A DNA stretch of 64,000 nt from Haliotis cracherodii (GCF_022045235.1 NW_027266264.1:77376001-77440000), one strand, 5' to 3'; counted from the first letter of the stretch, positions 24,898 through 37,071 are shown. Numbers and translations are program-made. The notes: generated by a model from the letters alone, not told the origin.

Positions 24898-25063
24898 GTG
24901 AGTGAGTGAGTAAGGTTTTACGCCGCTTTTAGCAATATTCCAGCAATATCACGGCGGGGGACACCAGAAATAGGCTTCACACATTGTACCCATGTCAGGA
25001 ATCGAACCCGGGTCTTCGGCGTGACGAGCGAACGCTTTAACCACTAGGCTACCCGACCGTCCC
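24898..25063 (-). mobile_element. Family A SINE, full length with 12-bp TSD
   Basis: atttccacatga at 24886-24897 and 25064-25075. The A box and B box are intact. The 3' half of the head resembles tRNA-Asp (cgctcgtcacgccgaagacccgggttcgattcc). Confidence 0.97.
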
Positions 25064-25099
25064 ATTTCCACATGACAACTATCTGACCAGCGGGCTACA

Positions 25100-25201
25100 G
25101 TGAGTAATTTTTGGCCACTTTGTACATTATTTTAGCCTTGTAACGGGGGAACACACGGAGAAGATGCTTCACATGGTTGTACCCAGGTAGAGAATAGAAC
25201 C
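25100..25201 (-). mobile_element. Very old family A fragment
   Basis: acgggggaacac...gcttcacatggttgtacccaggtagagaatagaacc. Confidence 0.5.
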
Positions 25202-25879
25202 ATAAACGACTAATTTAGTCATCATGATTATCATTATACCACACAACAAGCATGCAATTTAGAATAATTTATCCTTTCTTTTGCAAAACGAACAGAAATG
25301 GTTATAATTCGATATCTCTCCGACTGTGAAAACCCATTAAGCTTAACCAGGAAATTAGAATTATTGCATCTTAGACCGGAGAAGTTGTTTCGAGGCTCGC
25401 GTGAAAGTTCTATATCACTTAAAGTAAATGAGGTTGTCCGTCCCCAGGGGCGTGGAGAGCGTGTCTATATGTCTCTCTCTCGCGCGACCCTTCCCTGTTG
25501 CGTAATGGGAGATTTGATGAGAGTAGATTCGTGTTGGAGTGCTGCATTCTTCACTCTCTGATAGCTATGTATCGATCCAGGTCCCCCCAAACCCTTCAAC
25601 CATCTGTTCGAGCTTCACATGTGTGTGATAAGAGATTGGTTGATACCCTGCACATTACGCATGCATATCAGCCACTTAATATAATACCATTGATTCATCC
25701 GATGCAAGACTCAACTGATCTCGCTAAAAGGGTTGTAATCCTTTTTCGGAATATCGTTAATGAGGGAAAAAACACTTGTAAAGTTTTGATAATTCCGTTT
25801 GCTGCATTTGAGAAATGTTTTATTCCTTTTTGAGAGTGTTTCAACTTCGGGATATAATGTGTGTTAGGTTGGTCATCTT

Positions 25880-26222
25880 GAGTGAGTGAGTGTGCGTGAG
25901 TGAATATGGTCTAATGCCACAAATACAGCAAGGTTCATGGAGGAAGACAGAGACAGGAGTTCCAGGCAACGTTTTGCTAACCTCTGAATGAGTTTTTCCG
26001 TTATGCCGCGGCGTGTCAGCTTGATGTGAGAGAAACGCCCGAGGCGATGCAGGTCTCCGACGTTTACCTTTGTTGAAATCCACGAACACTGGTATGGTGC
26101 AGGCACACTTAGAAATCATTCCGAATCTAAGATTCGAACCCACGACCATAGGTTTCAGGCACGCTTTAGGGACACAACTCTGCACAGCGAAGGGCGGCGC
26201 CTTTAGACGACTAGGCCACCCG
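25880..26222 (-). mobile_element. Family C SINE with an insertion near its tail
   Basis: Matches 28328-28617 from cggcgtgtcagcttgatgtg through agacgactaggccaccc. Confidence 0.88.
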
Positions 26223-26475
26223 GGGATTAGGTTAGTTCGAATGTCTTGCACTGTGCTGTTTACTTAATTTTGGCTTGGAACCAGACCTGGGTCCATTTAT
26301 ATGCTAAGAACATGAGCGAGTGAAAATATATTATTATTTCAGAAATCTTAAGGAAATTGGGGATTGGGGTAGATGATTAGGGATGGGGAGAAGTTGGGAT
26401 GATGCAGGTGTGAGGAATAATAGCGTTTGTAGAGATATGTGTACTGTTACCCCCTACCGTATGTTTTCGTGTAGT

Positions 26476-26631
26476 GAGTGAGTTTGATTTTACGCCGCTT
26501 TTAGCAATATTCCAGCAATATCACGGCGGGGGACATAATGAGCCTCAGACATTGTATCCATGTCGGGAATCGAACCCGGTCTTTGGCGTGACGAGCTAAC
26601 GCTTTAACCGCTAGGCTACCCGATCGCCCGA
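26476..26631 (-). mobile_element. Family A SINE with 9-bp TSD
   Basis: tcgtgtagt at 26467-26475 and 26632-26640. Confidence 0.95.
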
Positions 26632-27879
26632 TCGTGTAGTTCGTCTATTGGTCAGTTAGACCTATCTACTTAACCAACTAAAAATGAGTGTCAGCAACAC
26701 CCAGCCATTTAGATAACATAACGGTATGTGCTTGTGATTGATGAGTAACGTATACACCAGTTAACTATGACGGATGTCATTAACCGACAAAACCTTAACT
26801 GAAAATGATGCTGTTGTTTTTAAAAAAATATTATTGATACATGTATGATGCTATTAGCTGGTAAGACACAGATATTGAGTTTACCGGATCCTGTTCCTGG
26901 TCCTGAAAATAATGGATTCTTTGTTGGCAGCATATATGCCATTTAACTGTGACGGGTGCCGTCAGGCGACGAGACATAGCTATATAAGTGACCCGGTTGC
27001 TGTTGTTATGGACAAAATACCCATTAAGTGGAGGATGGATTGGCAGCACATATGCCATTTATACAATGGCGGATGTTATTGGCCGGATATGAAGTCATAA
27101 CCATTGTCTTGGACATCTGGTTCCATCATTGTCGTTACATTGCAGTGATGATAGTACTTAATCATGTTCTTTCAGCAGACTAATGTTCTATATTGACCCG
27201 TTTTAGTCGCTGACCTTTGAAGCTATGGATCGGCCCTGTATCATCTGCTTAATGTAAAGATAGTGAGGTATCTTAGAGTATAAATACCTACTGTTTGCCT
27301 GAAGACGAGTTTTATTATTAACCCACTTGAGCTAAAATTATTGCCGAAGCAGTATCTTTCAGAAAGTGCGTTCCTTATTCTAACTATGTCTTAACACACA
27401 CCGAAGTGTCTGTGTGCTGCATTTTCGCCATCGAACAAAGAGTATTCCTTTAACATGTCCCTCAAGTCTACACGAGATCATGGAAGGCAGTTGAGTGCTG
27501 CTTCAGGGGACTATGCTACAGCAATAGAACAATACAGTTAAACATTGACCGTTAGGAGAGTCAAGAAAAAACAATCCGTTCGCCCGGTCAGAATTGATCG
27601 CGAATGAGTTCAAACATTCTCAGCACAGCCACCAGTGACCATGCGGTTGTGGGCCTAAAACAATGGTGTGCTCGTCACACAAGGATGGCATCAATCGAAG
27701 AACTCCAAACTTAGTGGAGAAAACAGTGCGTGTGGCGGGTGAGTTTCTTTTGTACGTGTTACACATGGCGAGCAGAACACTATAATCAGAAAACAGTTGC
27801 TGGGAATTAGATGGCATAACAAGCGTAATATATTACGGGTTCTTATTTATAGGAAGCTACATGCAACTTCTTAGAATGT

Positions 27880-28290
27880 AAGCTTTATAATTGGTACTGG
27901 GAGGAACATACCATAAGCCAAATAACAGGTACTTGGAAGTATGTTACATAAGCTTCATCACAGGTACTGGGATGTAAATAACATAAGCTCTTTTACGGGT
28001 ACTAGGATGTAGTTCACATACGTTTTATTGTGGGTACTAGGAGATAAATCATATTAGCTTTATTGTGGGTACTGGGAGGTAAATCACATGAGCTTTATTG
28101 TGGGTACTGGAAGGTAAATCACATAAGTTTTATTGTGGGGTACTGGAAGGTAAATCACATATACTATGTAGCTGGTACTGGTAGGTAATTCACACAAGCT
28201 TTATTGCAGGTACTTGGGGGTAGATCACATTGCTACATAACTGGTACTTGGAAGAAAATCACATAAGCCTCATCCCATGTACTGGAGGAA
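27880..28290. repeat. Degenerate 35-bp minisatellite
   Basis: Consensus approximately aagctttattgtgggtactggaaggtaaatcacat, about a dozen copies. Confidence 0.85.
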
Positions 28291-28327
28291 TACAGAAGCA
28301 ACAATCAATATTTCTTTTATAAGGAGT

Positions 28328-28617
28328 GAGTGAGTGAGTGAGTGAGTGAGTTGGGTTTACCGCCGCTTTTAACAGTATTCCAGTTATATCACGGCGTGTC
28401 AGCTTAATGTGGGAGGAAAGCCCGAAGTGATGCAGGTCTCAGACGTTTACCACTTTGGTGAAACCCACGAGCACGGGTATGGTGCTGACAAACCTAGAAA
28501 CATAATCGGGGCGAACCGGGATTCGAACCCACAATCATAAGTTTCTGGCGTGCCTAAGGGACGCAACTCTGCACAGCGAATCGCGGCGCCTTAGACGACT
28601 GGGCCACCCGTGCCCCC
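28328..28617 (-). mobile_element. Family C SINE, full length with 14-bp TSD
   Basis: cttttataaggagt at 28314-28327 and 28618-28631. Head gtggcccagtcgtctaaggcgcc ... gtgggttcgaatccc; (CACT)n tail. Confidence 0.96.
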
Positions 28618-29149
28618 CTTTTATAAGGAGTCCAGTTTACGATTCCGACTGTATCATAGTCATAAGATCACTTTCAAATAGTAATGATACCAGGTGTTCA
28701 AGATCTAAATATGAAACAAATAAGGTGGTTTCACTGGTCTCTTTTATTATGGAACTTGGGAACCCAGTACAAAAGAGGAGTGGACATGTCTTCAGGTTTT
28801 AGAGTCAAGCCAAAAGTTGATAGCACTGATGCATGGTTTTGGCCAAATTATTCCTCAGTTCCATATTCACTTCTAAACGTATAAACCTTATGGTGTCACG
28901 TAGAAGTCGGACATGTAGCTGCTGACAACATAGTATGAATGTCAACTTCCTTGTTACAAATTTATTTTCAATTATGGAACAGACGTTTCATGTCTGAGAA
29001 CGGTGACAGGATCTGCAGTCAAACGTCGCGCCAATTGTAATGAAGTTAATCGTCCATATTATCTTGTCATCAGTCAAAACTCTGGTAAGACATAGCCACA
29101 TTACTTAAACCGGGGGAATATAACCTTTGTAAGGTAGAAAAAAGCGACA

Positions 29150-29965
29150 CAACGCTTCCATATTCAACAGAGTCGATTGTTTGATTCTATATCATGGGCG
29201 TGTGTTCATGCATCAATATCAAATAGTGATGATACCATGTGTTCGCGAAAGGGTGAGAGTGTACTGTCCCACCGGTGGCACCCGTCACAAACACATGCAA
29301 ATGCAAGTCAATAGTTCACCTGAAAAAACAACAACACGGGAACATATGGTACAAGTCAAAATAGGGAATTGAACTGGACATCATTTTTGTCACTATTGAG
29401 TCAAATTTGGAAAGGTCCTCCACGTGTCTACCATAAAACATTTTGAAAGCTTTAATAAGGCTTTGAATGTTCTAACCTTGATTAAACAACATCTGAGCAA
29501 GAGTCGCTTGACGCTCTTTGAAATGTTGGTAGATAGAGCATGCTCAATTGTATCTCAAATGTTGTGAATGTAAACACCAAAGGAGCTGTTGGAGCTGCTT
29601 GAATATTATCCGACATGAAGGGAACGTTGACTATTGGAAAGTTGAAGTCAAACAGTCCTGTGGAGAGTGTTTTGTCACTCTGAATCTTTATGCATAGATG
29701 TAAATATCGTCTGCTTTATTTCTAGTTCAGGTGGGTAAGAGAATTTGATGGTTATTGAACGATATCAGACCATCGGTATACCAGAAGCTTAAGATAAACT
29801 GTTTGGACAATTACCGTGTTTTGACTTTGCGAAATCCGAGCAGAAATTCCGATTCATGTGCATTGAGAAACAGAGCACATTTGGTGCCCATGGGGATGCC
29901 CACTGATTGCCTAAATGTCTTTCCCAAACATCACACTGTCGAAATCAAGAGCATTTCCATACAAA
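29150..29965 (-). mobile_element. Decayed Penelope-like reverse transcriptase (probably Naiad-type) plus 3' region
   Basis: Minus-strand peptides in order, with stops and frameshifts: FRQSVGIPMGTKCA; FILSFWYTDGLISFNN (degenerate YIDD motif); YPPELE; DFNFPIVNVPFMSDNI; FGVYI; ACSIYQHF...NQG...FKMFYGRH. No GIY-YIG motif is seen after the RT. Confidence 0.82.
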
Positions 29966-30000
29966 GAACTGATCCTGAAATGACCCCACAAACCCTTATC

Positions 30001-30155
30001 GTGAGACTGTAAGGTTTTACGCCGCGTTTGAAAATATTCCAGCAACATCACCACCTGGGTTTCAAGAGATGGGCGTCATATGTACCCATGTGGGAAGTCG
30101 AACCCAGGCCTTCGGTTTGACGAGCGAAACCTTTAACGAGGCTGCACCACCGTCC
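30001..30155 (-). mobile_element. Diverged family A SINE
   Basis: ggttttacgccgc...aatattccagcaa...tgtacccatgtgggaagtcgaaccc...gacgagcgaa. Confidence 0.85.
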
Positions 30156-30189
30156 AAACAAGCCTTAGACAAAGCCATTGTGTTAATAG

Positions 30190-30359
30190 ATATATATCCT
30201 TGTGTTTCTGTTTTACAGAGAGAATGAAGGCATGACACCAATATCTGTCAACATCCAACCTTCTTGTGTTACTAAATATATGTATATATCCTTGCGTTTC
30301 TGTTTTAAAGAGGGAATGAAGCCACCAGTATGTGTTACCAGCCAACCTTCTTGTGTTAC

Positions 30360-30400
<41 letters not shown>

Positions 30401-30555
30401 TTGTGTTTCTGTTTTGAAGAGGGAGTGAAGCCACCAGTGTGTGTTACCATCCAACCTTCTTGTGTTACTAAATATATATATATATCCTTGTGTTTCTGTT
30501 TTGAAGAAGGAATGAAGCCACCAGTATGTGTTACCATCCAACCTTCTTGTGTTAC

Positions 30556-30590
<35 letters not shown>

Positions 30591-31976
30591 TTGTGTTTCT
30601 GTTTTAAAGAGGGAGTGAAGCCACCAGTGTGTGTTACCAGCCAACCTTCTTGTGTTACTAAATATATATATATATCCTTGTGTTTCTGTTTTGAAGAGGG
30701 AATGAAGCCACCAGTATGTGTTACCAGCCAACCTTCTTGTGTTACTAAATATATATATATATATATATATCCTTGTGTTTCTGTTTTAAAGAGGGAATGA
30801 AGCCACCAGTGTGTGTTGCCAGCAAAAATTCTTGTGTTAATAAATATATATATATCCTTGTGTTTCTGTTTTAAAGAGGGAGTGAAGCCGACAGTATGTG
30901 TTACCGTCCAACCTTCTTGTGTTACTAAATATATATATATATATATTTGTGTTTCTGTTTTAAAGAGGGAATGAAGCCACCAGTATGTGTTACCAGCCAA
31001 CCTTCTTGTGTTACTAAATATATATATATCCTTGTGTTTCTGTTTTAAAGAGGGAGTGAAGCCGACAGTATGTGTTGCTATCCAACCTTCTTGTGTTACT
31101 AAATATATATATATCCTTGTGTTTCTGTTTTAAAGAGGGAATGAAGCCACCAGTGTGTGTTACCAGCCAACCTTCTTGTGTTACTAAATATATATATATA
31201 TATATATATATATCCTTGTGTTTCTGTTTTAAAGAGAGAATAAAGCCACCAGTGTGTGTTACCATCCGACCTTCTTGTGTTACTAAATATATATATATCC
31301 TTGCATTTCTGTTTTAAAGAGGGAATGAAGCCACCAGTATGTGTTACCAGCCAACCTTCTTGTGTTACTAAATATATATATATATCTTTGTGTTTCTGTT
31401 TTAAAGAGGGAATGAAGCCACCAGTATGTGTTACCAGCCAACCTTCTTGTGTTACTAAATATATATATAGATCCTTGTGTTTCTGTTTTAAAGAGAGAAT
31501 GAAGCCACCAGATGTGTTACCAGCCAACCTTCTTGTGTTACTAAATATATATATATATCCTTGTGTTTCTGTTTAAAGAGAGAATGAAGCCACCAGTATG
31601 TGTTACCATCCAACCTTCTTGTGTTACTAAATATATAAATATATCCTTGTGTTTCTGTTTTAAAGAGGGAGTGAAGCCACCAGTGTGTGTTACCATCCAA
31701 CCTTCTTGTGTTACTAAATATATATAATATATCCTTGTGTTTCTGTTTTAAAGAGGGAATGAAGCCACCAGTGTGTGTTACCAGCCAACCTTCTTGTGTT
31801 ACTAAATATATATAAATATCCTTGTGTTTCTGTTTTAAAGAGGGAATGAAGCCACCAGTGTGTGTTACCAGCCAACCTTCTTGTGTTACTAAATATATAT
31901 ATATATCCTTGTGTTTCTGTTTTGAAGAGGGAATGAAGCCACCAGTATGTGTTACCATCCAACCTTCTTGTGTTAC

Positions 31977-32011
<35 letters not shown>

Positions 32012-32168
32012 TTGTGTTTCTGTTTTAAAGAGAGAATGAAGCCACCAGTGTGTGTTACCATCCAACCTTCTTGTGTTACTAAATATATATATATATATCC
32101 TTGTGTTTCTGTTTTGAAGAGGGAATGAAGCCACCAGTATGTGTTACCATCCAACCTTCTTGTGTTAC

Positions 32169-32245
<77 letters not shown>

Positions 32246-32400
32246 TTGTGTTTCTGTTTTAAAGAGGGAATGAAGCCACCAGTATGTGTTACCAGCCAAC
32301 CTTCTTGTGTTACTAAATATATATATATATCCTTGTGTTTCTGTTTTAAAGAGGGAATAAAGCCACCAGTATGTGTTACCAGCCAACCTTCTTGTGTTAC

Positions 32401-32452
<52 letters not shown>

Positions 32453-32695
32453 CTTGTGTTTCTGTTTTGAAGAGGGAATGAAGCCACCAGTATGTGTTAC
32501 CAGCCAACCTTCTTGTGTTACTAAATATATATATATATACTTGTGTTTCTGTTTTAAAGAGGGAATGAAGCCACCAGTATGTGTTACCAGCCAACCTTCT
32601 TGTGTTACTAAATATATATATATATCCTTGTGTTTCTGTTTTGAAGAGGGAATGAAGCCACCAGTATGTGTTACCATCCAACCTTCTTGTGTTAC

Positions 32696-32730
<35 letters not shown>

Positions 32731-32887
32731 TTGTGTTTCTGTTTTAAAGAGAGAATGAAGCCACCAGTGTGTGTTACCATCCAACCTTCTTGTGTTACTA
32801 AATATATATATATATATCCTTGTGTTTCTGTTTTGAAGAGGGAATGAAGCCACCAGTATGTGTTACCATCCAACCTTCTTGTGTTAC

Positions 32888-32964
<77 letters not shown>

Positions 32965-33119
32965 TTGTGTTTCTGTTTTAAAGAGGGAATGAAGCCACCA
33001 GTATGTGTTACCAGCCAACCTTCTTGTGTTACTAAATATATATATATATCCTTGTGTTTCTGTTTTAAAGAGGGAATAAAGCCACCAGTATGTGTTACCA
33101 GCCAACCTTCTTGTGTTAC

Positions 33120-33171
<52 letters not shown>

Positions 33172-33843
33172 CTTGTGTTTCTGTTTTGAAGAGGGAATGA
33201 AGCCACCAGTATGTGTTACCAGCCAACCTTCTTGTGTTACTAAATATATATATATATACTTGTGTTTCTGTTTTAAAGAGGGAATGAAGCCACCAGTATG
33301 TGTTACCAGCCAACCTTCTTGTGTTACTAAATATATATATATCCTTGTGTTTCTGTTTTAAAGAGGGAGTGAAGCCGACAGTATGTGTTACCAGCCAACC
33401 TTCTTGTGTTACTAAATATATATATATCCTTGTGTTTCTGTTTTAAAGAGGGAATGAAGCCACCAGTATGTGTTACCAGCCAACCTTCTTGTGTTACTAA
33501 ATATATATATATATATCCTTGTGTTTCTGTTTTAAAGAGAGAATAAAGCCACCAGTGTGTGTTACCATCCGACCTTCTTGTGTTACTAAATATATATATA
33601 TCCTTGCATTTCTGTTTTAAAGAGGGAATGAAGCCACCAGTATGTGTTACCAGCCAACCTTCTTGTGTTACTAAATATATATATATCCTTGTGTTTCTGT
33701 TTTAAAGAGGGAATGAAGCCACCAGTATGTGTTACCAGCCAACCTTCTTGTGTTACTAAATATAGATATATATCCTTGTGTTTCTGTTTTAAAGAGGGAA
33801 TGAAGCCACCAGTATGTGTTACCAGCCAACCTTCTTGTGTTAC

Positions 33844-33898
<55 letters not shown>

Positions 33899-34045
33899 TT
33901 GTGTTTCTGTTTTAAAGAGGGAGTGAAGCCGACAGTATGTGTTACCGTCCAACCTTCTTGTGTTACTAAATATATATATATATATATCCTTGTGTTTCTG
34001 TTTTAAAGAGGGAGTGAAGCCACCAGTATGTGTTGCTATCCAACC
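30190..34045. repeat. Compound minisatellite: about 41 copies of a 74-bp unit, each followed by a variable (TA)n tract
   Basis: Unit ccttgtgtttctgttttaaagagggaatgaagccaccagtatgtgttaccagccaaccttcttgtgttactaaa. (TA)n ranges from about 5 to about 35 units. Confidence 0.99.
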
Positions 34046-35016
34046 TGGCTGTGGCTTATAGGAAGAAGGAATCGACTTGCCAAGGCCGGATATTGCGCAT
34101 AATCCTTGCACAAAGGTCCTGACGTCAATAAACGTAAGGTTTTCGGAGCTCTTGTTCAGAAAATAGTCTTTACCCGAAGAATCAATGCTAACATCAGTAA
34201 GACATCAGTATACCGGCTAAGCTTAATCCCATTATATTTTAAGTCTCAAACAAATCTCGATGGAACGAAAATACTGTTTGTTCCTGGAGGCAAGTTTTTA
34301 AGGCACTTGCATGGACTCGATGTCAGTCAAAGAGGATGTGGGATGTCAGGAAGATGAAGGGGCTCGTCACTCAATTGATTTGATGTGTTCACGTTAAGAA
34401 AACTGAAACAGGATGTAAAAGCGTTTCGTTGATAAGGAGACATTTCAACACCTAGTATTATTCTGAACTCCCTTGTCGTTATCTCTTACTCAGATATTGG
34501 CCTTGTTGATTGTAATATTTAAAAGATAGAATTCGATTATGCTGTTCTGTTTACGATCGGAAGGTACTGCCTGACAGACAAATGACGATGCTTACCGATC
34601 GGTTGACTTCATATTGGACCCTGTTAGTTTACGTTCCTATTGTAAAGTTTACCTGATCTTCCAAGGCGTACTAATCGATAAATGGATTACGTCAGGTTAC
34701 AAGCTTATCAGAGGAGGGGGTATTTTATATGAGATGACGCTTGTGAAATTAGATCAATAATACGTTAAATGCGACATTGCTTATTATGGCTGCATACAAT
34801 GGGTGTATTTACCTCACTTTAAACTGTGCGGGAATTTCAGTCACATTTTAACAATATTTAATGCGTGTATTTTGTGGCATCGCGTATGTAGGATGAAACC
34901 ACTCCTCCCCGCTACCGTTTCATACCATTCTTCTAAGTTGCTGGGCCGAAACAGGTTTATTTTGCAAACATACTTTAGCGTAAATCGCCTAATCCTGCAC
35001 GCTTTCATATTGTTGC

Positions 35017-35153
35017 GGAGCGGTCGGGTAGCCGAAGACCAGGGTTTGATTCCCCACATGGGTACAATATGTGAAGCCCTTTTTTCCGGTGTCCCCCGCC
35101 GTGATATTGCTGGAATATTGCTAAAAGCGGCGTAAAACCATACTCACTCACTC
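35017..35153 (+). mobile_element. Family A SINE with an internal head deletion
   Basis: cggtcgggtagcc joins directly to gaagaccagggtttgattcccc. Body and tail are intact. Confidence 0.92.
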
Positions 35154-36093
35154 TCATCTTGTGCAGAGGACAAACAGATGCGTGCGTGCATGTATTAGGT
35201 CCATTGTTCTGAAAACTGTTAAATAGAAAGCTGTTTCTGATTTACAGAATCGTCGTTAGTTTCCAAGATTTGTGTTAAGTATCAATACTCTCCATTAGAC
35301 ATAAATAAAGCGACAAAAGTCATTTCCATAATCATAAGAATTCTCCACTAAGAGCAGAGCCAATTGTACGATCCCGACTTTAAAAACGACCATTTAGCAT
35401 GCTGTATTAAACCATTTTCTTGATTGCAACTAAAGTTGTCCTGATAATCAATGTCTTCAATACATCGTATGAAATGATCATGAATATTGCGGAAGTATTT
35501 CGAGGGCACAAGTCAGCCTTCAATGGTTATTGAGTAATTGACCATCTCCATCAATAACATCAAAGCGCGATGTTCGTCCACCGGTACCAGACTAATCCAT
35601 TGCCAGACATTACACAGCCGCCATCCCCGATCAAGGGTCTTACAAGCGTCTATATCGTGCCGGCTTCACACACACGTACACATAGGCTCACATAGACTCA
35701 CACAGACCTACATACCCACATGTTGCCACGCAATCAGTTCTTAATGATAAGCAGCATTTCAGGTAAAGCTCAAAACACATGGCAATCATTGCAGAGATCG
35801 GAATCATGAAACCGGAACTGGTTTTATTCGTCAACCAATCCTATGTTTATTTCAAGGGCTTCTATTTTCTATACTTTTGTTCAAGAAAATAACAATGCTC
35901 ATAGAAAAAGACAATAACTTGTAATGACTGATTTTGATTTGCGCTGCGTGCATTTTACAAGTGTTACTGTCGGCAGGGAATCGTTTAGCCCTTCTTGGCT
36001 CCCTTCCTAATACGCCCCAGATACCACAATTTGCTTCAATTAGATCAGAACTCTCCCAGCGTGAAGAGAGAAATCAAACACAGACGGAAAGAT

Positions 36094-36289
36094 CCATAAA
36101 TGGATCCATGGGTGCAGAGGACGGACAGATTTTTTAAGCCCGTGTTTTTTTACCCCAGTAACTTTGATCCCCAGGCTGTGTTTTTCCTTCTCAGGATCTC
36201 GAATTTATCGTGTTTAAATTACATCTTAATGCCCCATTCGTCATTTGTTACATAGGTTGCTAGGCAACGACGACAGCCGTTACGGCAAC
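36094..36289. promoter_or_regulatory. Candidate cis-regulatory cluster (CArG box and RFX X-box)
   Basis: CCATAAATGG at 36094-36103 fits CC(A/T)6GG. GTTGCTAGGCAAC at 36256-36268 fits the RFX consensus. Both lie in apparently unique sequence; this is a motif match only. Confidence 0.3.
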
Positions 36290-36644
36290 TGACGGCATAT
36301 TGGGAATGGATTTTTGATGTACTTGGCCAGAGTTATTACGCTGAAACTACCACCATCTGAGGCTGTAAATTATTCTGAATGTAACGATATAGCAACTCGG
36401 ATGACATACCTATGCTTCTAGATATCCAGACAGGAGAAAATAGCTGATGTAGACATAGCTTACATTGTTTACGAGGAGCAGCCGACTGTAGAACTTGGCG
36501 TGCCGCCACACTATGGACAATTTTAATCGATAATTTTTTCAGGACTGTCAAACCATAAAATATTGGTTTTAACAGACAGAACAGTCGCATGAGTATGTTT
36601 CAATGAACCCTAACCACTGTTTGTAATTGTTAACTAGTCTATAA

Positions 36645-36902
36645 GGGGGCACGGGTGGCCGAGTCGTCTAAGGTGCCGCAGTTCGCTGTGTAAAGTTGTG
36701 TCTCTTGGGCACGCCAGAAACCTATGATCGTGGGTTCGAATCCCGGTTCGCCCACATTATGTTTATAGGTTTCTCAGCACCATACCCGTGCTCATGGGTT
36801 TCACCGAGACCAGCATCACTTCGGGGCTTTCTTTCACATTAAGCTGACACACCGTGATATAACAAGAATACTGTTCTAAGCGGAGTCAAACCCAACTCAC
36901 TC
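36645..36902 (+). mobile_element. Family C SINE
   Basis: gggggcacgggtggccgagtcgtctaaggtgcc...gggttcgaatccc...cccaactcactc. Probable TSD actagtcta at 36633-36641 and 36903-36911. Confidence 0.93.
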
Positions 36903-37071
36903 ACTAGTCTAGTCGTTCCTCACATCGTTAATCTACTTTTGCGGACTATTTTGCACAACAAGATGTCAAGACGACTGCATGCCACCTTGACCGCTCCGTG
37001 ATCTACAAGAAGAGGGTTGGAATCCGATAACTCCTCGCTATTCAGGGCAACCATTGAACCCCGGTTTCCTC

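Noticed and set aside
24980-25063. tRNA gene calls for the heads of families A, C and D
   Set aside because: There is no closed acceptor stem. The heads run into SINE bodies and tails and are flanked by TSDs.
28990-29060. Resemblance to a Penelope-type minimal hammerhead ribozyme (tctgagaacggtgac...aaacgtcgc)
   Set aside because: Both the CUGANGA and GAAA core motifs are broken and stem II does not pair; at most a fossil.
30190-34045. CRISPR-like appearance (constant repeat with variable spacers)
   Set aside because: The spacers are only (TA)n, the repeat is 74 bp, no cas genes are present, and the context is eukaryotic.
30133-34111. Long ORFs of up to 268 aa with IYIYIY runs
   Set aside because: These are translations of the minisatellite and (TA)n on both strands, with no coding signature.
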